Assembly (NCBI GenBank): GCA_964455675.1
Contig: CAYVYK010000014.1
Span: 1 to 38,571 of the forward strand
Origin: an uncultured Methanosarcinales archaeon
GTDB lineage: Archaea; Nanobdellota; Nanobdellia; Woesearchaeales; CAYVYK01
Reading direction: 5' to 3'
DNA length: 38,571 nucleotides
Part shown: positions 26,066 through 34,333 of the stretch, piece by piece
Layout of the letters: the number at the start of each line of letters is the position of its first letter
Position numbering within the stretch: the first letter of the stretch is position 1
Program-made: the position numbers and the translations under genes
Notes under the pieces: generated by a model
Database searches by the model: none
Told to the model about the DNA's origin: nothing
The model's input: only the letters and a program-made list of their open reading frames with translations

Positions 26066-26340
26066 GCCCATCCCTCTTTGCGGATGAACTCATTATGCCC
26101 GTATGTCACCAGAAGATCGACGTTCAGCGCTTTTAGGCCTAGCGGCAGGTCGCACGCTCCAAAGTCCGTGCCAAGCCATATGAGCACGAGCGGCGGATTC
26201 TTTATTTCTCCGCGAATTGCATCAACAATCTCCCGGGCTCGCGGTTTGAGGCCGTCCGGTAGCTGGATGCACATGCGCTTTGGCTTTTCCTTTGCGATGA
26301 GCGAAATGAGTCTCTTGATTTCCATATCATAACTGGCCAT
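26062..26340 (-). CDS. dph2: Diphthamide synthesis protein Dph2, N-terminal domain (split gene)
   Basis: IQLPDGLK, FGACDLP and VTYGH are the N-terminal Dph2 motifs, including the first Fe-S Cys. Confidence 0.88.
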   Translation of the reverse strand: MASYDMEIKRLISLIAKEKPKRMCIQLPDGLKPRAREIVDAIRGEIKNPPLVLIWLGTDFGACDLPLGLKALNVDLLVTYGHNEFIRKEGWA

Positions 26341-26671
26341 AGAGGTACGTTATCCCCCTCCCTTTTAATATATTGTGGAGAGATGAGAGGTGTGGGATAC
26401 AGTGCAGACCGTCAATCGAGCAATTGCCCTCTTCCAAGAGCAAAGTTGTGGGCGGAAGAGGGCTCGCCGAAGGCTCACAATAATTTTTTTTAAACTTACC
26501 CTCATAGTAGGGAACTAAACCTCCTTGAATTTTATAATCAAAAAAACGCTAGACGATTTTTTTGAGTACAATCTGAACGCCTGACACGTGGAACTGATAG
26601 TCCTCCCCCGTGGACGTGTGTTGGCCTCATAGGGGAAACTTATTAAGTGTAGGGAACCTATTGATGTCCTG

Positions 26672-27265
26672 ATGAGAGTTTTCATCATTCGGCATGGCGA
26701 AACAACGGGCGATGTGGAATCGAGGTATGGGGGGTGGTACGATGATGACTTGTCCCCGAAAGGAATTGAACAGTCGAGGATGCTTGCGAATCATTTGCGT
26801 GGCCGTTCCATTGAGGTAATCTTTCACAGTCCATTGAAAAGAGCTGAGCAGACTGCGCGGATTCTATCTAAGGTCTTGCACATTCCTTTGGTTGTTGAAC
26901 CGGATATTAAAGAGCGGAACAATTATGGTATTCTCACCGGACTCACGAAGGAAGAGGCTCATGCACGATTTCCCGATGAAGTAACCAAACTACAAGGGTA
27001 TGATCATGCAGTAAAGGGTTCCGAACCGTATTCGTCCTTTAAGAGGAGGATCCTAAGAGGATTTTCAAAGATTAATTCGAAATCATACAAGAGTATTGCC
27101 CTTGTCACGCATGGTGGCCCCATCTACTGCCTGGTTCGGGAGGTACTCAAATTAGGGGAGTTCCGTCGGTTGGGGGACTGCGCCTATTTGGAAATTGAGA
27201 TAAATCTCCCTAGAGTGAAGCTGCTCAGGATGCACAACGCAGAGTTATCCGATGCAAAATCTTAA
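26672..27265 (+). CDS. Histidine phosphatase family protein (phosphoglycerate-mutase-like)
   Basis: IRHGET, SPLKRAEQTA, ERNNYG and VTHGG. Confidence 0.95.
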   Translation: MRVFIIRHGETTGDVESRYGGWYDDDLSPKGIEQSRMLANHLRGRSIEVIFHSPLKRAEQTARILSKVLHIPLVVEPDIKERNNYGILTGLTKEEAHARFPDEVTKLQGYDHAVKGSEPYSSFKRRILRGFSKINSKSYKSIALVTHGGPIYCLVREVLKLGEFRRLGDCAYLEIEINLPRVKLLRMHNAELSDAKS

Positions 27266-27291
27266 TAAATGTCGCTCAATGTTTTCCTTAT

Positions 27292-28353
27292 ATGATTATC
27301 GCAGTCATCGGTGCAGGTCCGGCGGGCAGTCATTATGCTTCTTTGGCGGCAAAAAAGCATGAAGTCCATCTCTTTGAAGCGAAGCGAGTGGTCGGTAAGC
27401 CCGTTGCATGTACGGGTATCCTGACGACGTCCGCGTACTCCGTGACTGACATCCCTAAGGATCTCATTGTCGCGAGGATCACGAAATTTCGTGTGCGTTC
27501 TCCTGAGGGAAAATCCATCACGCTCAATTTGGATAAGGAGAATGTTGTCCTTGACCGCGCGCGCTTCGATCAGCATCTCGCGCTTCGCGCGGTTAGCAGA
27601 GGTGCATTCCTTCACAAGTCCTGGAAATTTACGTCATTGAAGAGGTCTGGCAAAGGGTATTTGCTCTCGTTTGAGAACGGAAGTACGTTCTATGCAGACC
27701 GCGTCGTTGGTGCTGATGGCCCCCATTCAGTCGTTGCTAAATTGGCTGGAATGTATGGCAAGCGTGAATTCCTTCAGGGGCTTCAAGCCAGAGTGCGTGG
27801 CTCGTTTGAGCCAGGAACGACGGATGTTTTGTACGGTATCGGCGAGTTTGCCTGGATCGTTCCGGAATCCAAGAATATTGCGCGTGTTGGCGTTATTGGC
27901 CGTAATGTGGATCGTGATTATGACCGCCTCATCAAGCCTTACAAGGTTCTCGAGGACCAATCAGGCATTGTTCCGCTCTATAATCCAAAGCAAGTGCTGC
28001 AGAGAGATAACATTTCCTTAATCGGTGATGCGGCGACGCAGGTAAAGCCCACAACCTATGGTGGCATCATCTATGGCCTCCTCGCGGGGAAGTTTCTCGC
28101 AGAGGAGTGGAGTTCCTATCCAAAGGCGTTCAATAAGAAACTTGGTCGCGACCTCTGGATTTCCTTGAAGATGCGTGAGGCAATGAACAAATTTGAGGAA
28201 AAGGACTGTAATGACCTTATCAGGGTCTTTGAGAAGGAAAGCAACAAGAAGATTCTTGAGCAGTTCGATCGTGATTTTCCAAGCAAGTTTATCGTGCAAC
28301 TTCTCCTGAAGGAAGCAAAGCTTTGGAAGCTTGGTTTCAAGCTGTTTCGTTAG
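27292..28353 (+). CDS. Geranylgeranyl reductase family FAD-dependent oxidoreductase
   Basis: VIGAGPAG, GKPVACTG, DRARFDQHL, VGADGPHS, FAWIVP and IGDAATQVKPTTYGGI. Confidence 0.9.
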   Translation: MIIAVIGAGPAGSHYASLAAKKHEVHLFEAKRVVGKPVACTGILTTSAYSVTDIPKDLIVARITKFRVRSPEGKSITLNLDKENVVLDRARFDQHLALRAVSRGAFLHKSWKFTSLKRSGKGYLLSFENGSTFYADRVVGADGPHSVVAKLAGMYGKREFLQGLQARVRGSFEPGTTDVLYGIGEFAWIVPESKNIARVGVIGRNVDRDYDRLIKPYKVLEDQSGIVPLYNPKQVLQRDNISLIGDAATQVKPTTYGGIIYGLLAGKFLAEEWSSYPKAFNKKLGRDLWISLKMREAMNKFEEKDCNDLIRVFEKESNKKILEQFDRDFPSKFIVQLLLKEAKLWKLGFKLFR

Positions 28354-28405
28354 CTCTCTGCGGTACTAAGAATGTTTTATATACAACTGTGTCCTGGATA
28401 GATAG

Positions 28406-29401
28406 ATGAAATTAAAATTCCTGCTTGCTACTCTGCTCTTGATCCCTGGTGTATTCGGTGTATTTGATGTGGCGGAAAATGGCGTGACTCCCCCATTTCT
28501 CCCGGGAGATATAGCATCACCCGGTATTCTGCTGCGGTCGTTCTCGAGTAAGGAGATCATTCATGACATTCACGTTCGTGTTGATGTTACCAATTTGGAA
28601 TCTGGTGAGAAACTCTCGACGTTGCAGTACGTTCCGGAGGATGGGATGCTGCGCCTGCCTCTTCTTCCTGTCCGTCACGAGATTATGTTACGTGTTGATG
28701 ATATCGCAACCATTGGGAAGGATTATTACTTTAAGGGTGATATTGATGCATCTGTGCAGTCGACGGTCTATTTGTTGCCGGTTGGCAGCGTTCGTGGTGT
28801 GGTGACTGATGATGACGGTAGGCTTATCCCCGGCGTATCCGTTCGTCCCGATTGTTCATCCTCTGCTGGCGATATTGCCACGATGAGGACTGACGACGCT
28901 GGCAGTTTCAATTTTGAATGGCTTCCTGTGGGTTCCTGCACGATCATTGCCTGGGATGATGACATGCGCGGATCCATGGACGTCTCGCTTGAGGGGGGAA
29001 GCCTTGTTCCCGTGACGGTTGTTCTTGACCAGCGGTTGCGTTCATCGGGGAATATTTGGCCGATCGTCCTTTTTGTCATTATCATCGTCATCTTGTTTGG
29101 TGTTTTCAGTCGTAAATTTTTGAAGAGGAATGCTCCCGAACCGAGTGCGCAGAAACGAGTATTGACATCCCGCCAGGAGGACGTGATGCGTACCTTAAGT
29201 CCTAAGGAGCGTGATGTGGTCGAACTTATCCATCAGCATGAGGGGCGAATCTCTCAGGCGACGATAAAGAATGATCTCGCTATTCCAAAGACGTCACTTG
29301 TCCGCATCCTCATGGCTCTTGAATTGAAGAAGGTTGTTCGTATTGAGAAAGTAGGACGTCAGCGTAAGGTGTATTTCACGGATTGGTTCAAGGAGCGCTA
29401 A
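28406..29401 (+). CDS. Membrane-tethered transcriptional regulator-like protein: signal peptide, extracellular beta-sandwich, one TM helix, C-terminal winged HTH
   Basis: GSVRGVVTDDDG...TDDAGSFNF (carboxypeptidase-regulatory-like); TM IWPIVLFVIIIVILFGVF; LSPKERDVV...ISQATI...IPKTSLVRILMALE...KVGRQRKV. Confidence 0.85.
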   Translation: MKLKFLLATLLLIPGVFGVFDVAENGVTPPFLPGDIASPGILLRSFSSKEIIHDIHVRVDVTNLESGEKLSTLQYVPEDGMLRLPLLPVRHEIMLRVDDIATIGKDYYFKGDIDASVQSTVYLLPVGSVRGVVTDDDGRLIPGVSVRPDCSSSAGDIATMRTDDAGSFNFEWLPVGSCTIIAWDDDMRGSMDVSLEGGSLVPVTVVLDQRLRSSGNIWPIVLFVIIIVILFGVFSRKFLKRNAPEPSAQKRVLTSRQEDVMRTLSPKERDVVELIHQHEGRISQATIKNDLAIPKTSLVRILMALELKKVVRIEKVGRQRKVYFTDWFKER

Positions 29402-29551
29402 GCATTCTATACAATTCCCGTGCTTAAGAGATGATTTGGAGCTCAATTTATCCTCCTTTCAGGATTTGGAACTCATTTTCTGCTTTCATAAGATTCATGG
29501 ACCGCCCAAATTATTTATCTGGGCGTTGGCTTATATGTTATTGGTGATATC

Positions 29552-29938
29552 ATGAAGAATATGATTGTGTGCGCGATTGCGGCCATGGTCGTACTCGTGC
29601 TTGTGGCATCAGTGCATGCCGCGCCTCCTCTGGCGCAAGCAGTTCGTGTTGAGCCTGTTCTTGCGAAGAGCTTGCCAGCGAAGGATGTACTGAAGGATGT
29701 ACCTGTGGATACGAGAGATCATCCGGAATGTAAGGGTGATGTGAATGATGATGGCCTCATTAATTTTGATGATATTGATCCCTTTGTCTGGGTCTTGAAG
29801 CATCGAATGTGGCAGATCCATCATCCGAACCATCCAAAGCTCTGGCGTGCTGACATCAATAATGACGGTCGTGTCAACCAGGCGGATGTGAACCCCTTCG
29901 TCGCCCTCATCCAGGGTGAGGAACCGATCTGCAGGTAA
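29552..29938 (+). CDS. Small secreted dockerin-domain protein
   Basis: Signal peptide ending VHA; two Ca-binding repeats GDVNDDGLINFDDIDPF and ADINNDGRVNQADVNPF; GGTGAT RBS. Confidence 0.88.
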   Translation: MKNMIVCAIAAMVVLVLVASVHAAPPLAQAVRVEPVLAKSLPAKDVLKDVPVDTRDHPECKGDVNDDGLINFDDIDPFVWVLKHRMWQIHHPNHPKLWRADINNDGRVNQADVNPFVALIQGEEPICR

Positions 29939-29949
29939 TGCTCCTCCTC

Positions 29950-29968
29950 TTTTTTTTATTTTTTTTTT
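29950..29968 (+). terminator. Archaeal oligo-T terminator
   Basis: T8-A-T10 tract 12 nt after the dockerin gene stop. Confidence 0.65.
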
Positions 29969-30053
29969 AGAGTGAAAAAGATATTAATACTATGAATTCC
30001 AAAATACGATAAAACTCGATTATGACGATCATATTATGCTTGAGGTGAACAAA

Positions 30054-33026
30054 ATGCGCTTTATCTTGATTGTATCAATGGTTGCATTGCTGATGTTGCA
30101 CGTGGCAGGTGCTGTCACGTCCACAAGTATTGTCGAGAATGAGGCTCGGACCGTTGGCGGTTCGAGTGTTACACTGCTTGAAACGGACGCCGCGGGTAAT
30201 CGCGCAACCATCGTGCTTGATGGTGTGACGTTGAACTTGCTCGAAGGCGAGGAGCAAGTGGTGAATGGTGTAAAAGTAAAGGTGAAGAACGTCTATGAAA
30301 TGCCTAGCACTCAGCCGTACATCGAGGTGGAGATTGAGCCCGTGGAGACAGGTCAGCCTGATCTCATAATTACGGGGATGTCAGTGAATCCCGAAAATCC
30401 CATGATTGGCGACGTTGTGATGATCGTGTTTGCGATCAAGAATATCGGCTTGAAAACTGCTGACGTACAGAGCGTGCACTGGGATGCTGATGGCGCTTCA
30501 TTTGTCGGTTCCGAGAACGTTGGTTCCTCGACCCTTGCGCCTGGACAGTCATATTCCGTTATTACGCGATGGGTCTATAATTCTGCAGGTTCCTATCGTT
30601 TCTGGGCGAAGGCCGATGGCTGGAATGATATTTCTGAATCAAATGAGAATAATAATGAGTTTGAGACCAAATTCTATGTTGGTGGTGTAGTCTCTTGCAC
30701 TGATTCGGATGGTGGTATCAATTACCAGGTGAAGGGAACAGTAAAGGGCCGCCCGAACTGGGCGAATGGTCCAAGTGTTGTTGAGGTTGCGGATGCCTGT
30801 GTTCCTGATGGGTCGACTGGTGGTGCTGTCCAGGTTGAGAGTGGCACCTTGAACGAAGCGTACTGCAATGGTGACACCCTTGCGTGGTCGACCTATCAAT
30901 GTTCCTGCCGCGATGGTCGGTGCGCAAGTTTGAAAAACACATGCGGTGATGGTGTGTGTACCGCTGAGGAGAACATCGAGGTATGTCCGATTGTCCACTG
31001 CCCAGAGGGTGCACAGTGCGAACCTTCTCCCGGAAGGTGCGTTAAGTCATGCGAAGCTGATTGTGGTTCAACAAAGCCCGGTTACTGCGGCGATGGTATC
31101 TGCTCAACTTCTGAGAATAGTGAAGTTTGCACATCAACTCCCTGCGCATGCCCTCACGGTGAGCTGTGTGCTTGCCCGCAAGACATGAGCAATTGCCGGA
31201 AGGCATGTGAATCTGATTGTGGTTACACAAAGCCAGGGTATTGCGGTGATGGTGTTTGCACGAGCGATGAGAAAGCGGAAGTGTGCTCAACGGTTGCATG
31301 CACAGAGGAATGTGTGAATGATGAGTCATGCGAATGTAAAAAGCATAAACCTTTGTGCCAGCCATCCTGCGTGGCGGACTGTGGCTCGTCAGATGACGAT
31401 CCTCTCTACCGGTTTGCGAGATTCACGTGCTATGATGGTTCTTCGTATAGCGAGGGTGATTCATCCTCATGCCAGAGCGAGAAGTCGTGGCGTGCGTATG
31501 CGAATAAAGTCTGCCGAACAAAGTGCATGGCAACTGATTCTGCGAATGTCGGCTACCTAAAATGCGGTGTGAATTCCTTCGCGCTTGATTCTCCGTGCAG
31601 TGGTTCGTACAGTGCGGACGTAATCTACGCAAAGACTGGAGAGCGGTTTGAGCTCTCGACAAATCAGTATGCGGTTATTCAGGATTATTATGAAGCTACT
31701 GTCCGTTTGGATGGCATTGCTTACCCGATGGCGAATAGGGCGGATAGGAATGCGGTTACTTCTGAGAGCGCGTCCTTTGCGACGCCGTTTGCGAGCGTGA
31801 CGCTCGTTCTGGATATTTGCAAGGAGCGTGCCTGTAAAGTTGCCGTGCAGAAGTGGTCGGTTTCGATGCGTGTTGGCGATGTTGTTCCTTTTGGTGACGC
31901 GCAGCTTCACCTTCTGGATATTAGTAACGCACAGGCCGTGTTCATGGTCACTCATGATGTGCAAGGAACCCCATCGAGCGCATACCTCACAATCACTCCC
32001 GAGCAGGTGAAGATTGCTCCGGGTGATGTTGCGGAGTATACGATTGTTTTGGAGGATAAGCACGCACAAATACAGTGCTTTACTACGCCCTGTGTTCAGC
32101 CGGTGTATCATTACTATCTGAAAGTGAAGGGCTTGCCATTTTACGTCGAGCATCAGGCGTATCTTGATCTTGTTGCAGGTGAGACAAGGACAATTCCATT
32201 GAAAGTGATTCCTTACGAGATAGAGACTGCGCCAACGGTAACACTAGTTAACGGGGAATCAAGTTCTGGAGTCTCCGCTGATACCGTTATTGTGAAAAAG
32301 GCTCAAGTGCAGTCCATTCCGGTTACTGCGAACGTCGTAGAGACCGTTCCCTCAATACGTGAGATATCTGCGGATCTGGTTGAGGTCCCTTCCGAGCGGC
32401 GTGCGTATAGCTTCACCGTGGAGGCTTGGCTTGATAACGAAGAACCTGCAAGGGCAAAGGCTATGTTGATTATCACTCCAAACACTCCTCCAGAAGTACC
32501 CACAGATACGGTGACAATAAAACTCTACCGTGGTTGGAACATCGTGAGTCTTCCGGGAGAATTGAATCGCTTTATCGGAAATGAGGGGAACGGCAAGTTG
32601 ATTGCGTACATTTACTTGCCGACAGAGAACCGCTATGTGACGCTCAAGGACGCGCAAAATATTCTCGGTGAGAAGTTTAGTTCGTTCATGGCGAATACTG
32701 CGTTCTGGGTGTACTCCTACCAAAACCAGGCGCTGACGGTAAAAGTTGATTACAACGTGGCGAACACGATCTCTCTGTCTCCGGGTTGGAATTTTGTTCC
32801 GATCAGGCCTGATTGGGTGCTCTCTTCGATCGACAAGCTCGACACGACCTGTACATTCACAAAGCTGTACGGTTGGGATCCAAGGAGTCAGCAATGGTCG
32901 GTGCTCGACCTCACCTATCAGTTCCAGGGTTGGGAGGAGAACAGGGGATTCCTCGTCAAGGTTCCATCGTCCTGTTCGATCTCTACCTCGAGTGTTATCG
33001 TGCCACCCCCCTTGCCAGAGGATTGA
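30054..33026 (+). CDS. Large secreted Cys-rich surface protein with a CARDB domain
   Basis: GAGGTGA RBS before ATG 30054; signal peptide; PDLIIT...ESNENNN (CARDB); CTDSDGG; three CGDG(V/I)C repeats; LYRGWNIVS / LSPGWNFV repeats; ends VPPPLPED. Confidence 0.9.
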   Translation: MRFILIVSMVALLMLHVAGAVTSTSIVENEARTVGGSSVTLLETDAAGNRATIVLDGVTLNLLEGEEQVVNGVKVKVKNVYEMPSTQPYIEVEIEPVETGQPDLIITGMSVNPENPMIGDVVMIVFAIKNIGLKTADVQSVHWDADGASFVGSENVGSSTLAPGQSYSVITRWVYNSAGSYRFWAKADGWNDISESNENNNEFETKFYVGGVVSCTDSDGGINYQVKGTVKGRPNWANGPSVVEVADACVPDGSTGGAVQVESGTLNEAYCNGDTLAWSTYQCSCRDGRCASLKNTCGDGVCTAEENIEVCPIVHCPEGAQCEPSPGRCVKSCEADCGSTKPGYCGDGICSTSENSEVCTSTPCACPHGELCACPQDMSNCRKACESDCGYTKPGYCGDGVCTSDEKAEVCSTVACTEECVNDESCECKKHKPLCQPSCVADCGSSDDDPLYRFARFTCYDGSSYSEGDSSSCQSEKSWRAYANKVCRTKCMATDSANVGYLKCGVNSFALDSPCSGSYSADVIYAKTGERFELSTNQYAVIQDYYEATVRLDGIAYPMANRADRNAVTSESASFATPFASVTLVLDICKERACKVAVQKWSVSMRVGDVVPFGDAQLHLLDISNAQAVFMVTHDVQGTPSSAYLTITPEQVKIAPGDVAEYTIVLEDKHAQIQCFTTPCVQPVYHYYLKVKGLPFYVEHQAYLDLVAGETRTIPLKVIPYEIETAPTVTLVNGESSSGVSADTVIVKKAQVQSIPVTANVVETVPSIREISADLVEVPSERRAYSFTVEAWLDNEEPARAKAMLIITPNTPPEVPTDTVTIKLYRGWNIVSLPGELNRFIGNEGNGKLIAYIYLPTENRYVTLKDAQNILGEKFSSFMANTAFWVYSYQNQALTVKVDYNVANTISLSPGWNFVPIRPDWVLSSIDKLDTTCTFTKLYGWDPRSQQWSVLDLTYQFQGWEENRGFLVKVPSSCSISTSSVIVPPPLPED

Positions 33027-33029
33027 ACA

Positions 33030-33266
33030 ATGCGGATCGCGATACTCCTCATCGGGTGCCTGCTCCTGGTAGCGTGCAGCGAGTGTCCCTCGGGATTGAA
33101 GGATGCGGCGGGAGAATGTTGTGAGAATGTCTGTGCGATCAAGTGTGAGTATGGTGTCATGCCTGGCACGTGCGGGTGTGCGTGCAACGAACCTTTATCG
33201 TCCGATGTCGGCCTTGACGTGTTTGATGATGGAACAGAGGTTGCTCCGCCGCCCCTGCCCACTTAG
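33030..33266 (+). CDS. Small Cys-rich putative lipoprotein
   Basis: Starts 3 nt after the upstream stop with GAGGA upstream; signal ending LLVAC; Cys-rich core; ends APPPLPT. Confidence 0.8.
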   Translation: MRIAILLIGCLLLVACSECPSGLKDAAGECCENVCAIKCEYGVMPGTCGCACNEPLSSDVGLDVFDDGTEVAPPPLPT

Positions 33267-34264
33267 AGTTCGCGCACGTCCCCCATGCCGTCCACGTCAA
33301 ACTCTGCTGTGCCTCTGCTGAGACCGACGATCTGGATTCTTTTTGGTTCTTGATTGCGCTTGTTGATGTACTGTTCGACAAATCCTGCGGCTTCCCCTGC
33401 CGTGATACCCTGCAGGTAGCGTCGCACGATTCCAGGTCCAAGGATTTGTTTGATCTCGCGGAGAACGCTCCACTTGAGCGTCTTTCGAAGGCTATATACT
33501 CGATCGATAAATTCCGGGGTAATGCCCTCAAGGTTTGCCATCATCATGCTCGTGATTCGAAATCCTTCCCTTCCTCGCTCGTCTCTGTATCCGTCAACCT
33601 TGCAGTAATCCTCTGGGTAGATTCCCAGAGGGAGAAGGTATGTGAACGGCCGGAGTCTCGCTGCCGGAAATGCCAAGCGCACAGGGAGCGTGAGGAAGCG
33701 CACGATGAGCGTCTTAAGGTCGTTGATGACGGGATCTCGTGGTCTGTCCTTTGGTTCGCGCCGTCCGTGCTTGTACACTCGCTCGCTCACGACGGGATAG
33801 ATGATGTCATAGGTGTCTTGGAGCTGTTTGCAGTACGATAGGAATTCCGTGATGTCTGCGGTTGTTGTGCGAGGCGCATCCGATGTGCAGAACAGCACGT
33901 GTCCCCCGCCTGCGGCTTCATACCCAAGGATAGCATTTTCCCCAAACGTTCTTCCCTGTTCCACGATCCGCATTTTTGAGTACTGATGTACCCGATCCTC
34001 CAGCGCTTCTTCCAATCGATCAGTTGGTGCTACGACAATGATCTGATCAATACTCCGGGTATGCTCCAGTCGGTCCAGCATGAATTCCACCATCGGCCTA
34101 CGTACTCGCGCTCCATCAATCTCGCCGTTCACGCGCCATGATGGTTTATAGACTCCTGAGAGGTAGTTTTCTCCATACGCCGCTTGGTCCTCAAGATAGC
34201 TTAGCATTCTTTGGAAGAATCCCTGCCGTGGGTTCATGCCTGCCATGACGACGGCGTTTACCAT
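33263..34264 (-). CDS. Nucleotidyltransferase-fold protein (MobA-like / NTP_transf_3)
   Basis: NAVVMAG...YKP...PMVEFML...IIVVAP...VEQG...FCTSDAP. Start moved to ATG 34264, 22 nt downstream of a TTTAAAAA box. Confidence 0.8.
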   Translation of the reverse strand: MVNAVVMAGMNPRQGFFQRMLSYLEDQAAYGENYLSGVYKPSWRVNGEIDGARVRRPMVEFMLDRLEHTRSIDQIIVVAPTDRLEEALEDRVHQYSKMRIVEQGRTFGENAILGYEAAGGGHVLFCTSDAPRTTTADITEFLSYCKQLQDTYDIIYPVVSERVYKHGRREPKDRPRDPVINDLKTLIVRFLTLPVRLAFPAARLRPFTYLLPLGIYPEDYCKVDGYRDERGREGFRITSMMMANLEGITPEFIDRVYSLRKTLKWSVLREIKQILGPGIVRRYLQGITAGEAAGFVEQYINKRNQEPKRIQIVGLSRGTAEFDVDGMGDVREL

Positions 34265-34286
34265 ACCAGAGGAGAATGCTTCCATA

Positions 34287-34310
34287 TTTTTAAAGGGCAT
34301 AGCTTTTTAT
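34287..34310. promoter_or_regulatory. Back-to-back TATA boxes of a divergent promoter (nucleotidyltransferase / purD)
   Basis: TTTAAAAA on the minus strand (34294-34287) and TTTTTAT on the plus strand (34304-34310), each 22-23 nt from the inferred ATG. Confidence 0.55.
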
Positions 34311-34333
34311 CATCTGCTTCATTCTCACTAGGC

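Noticed and set aside
26377..26480. Glycine or lysine riboswitch suggested by GGAGAGA and TCGCCGAAGG
   Set aside because: The remaining conserved elements (such as CTCAGG) and helix arrangement are missing, and the gene context does not fit.
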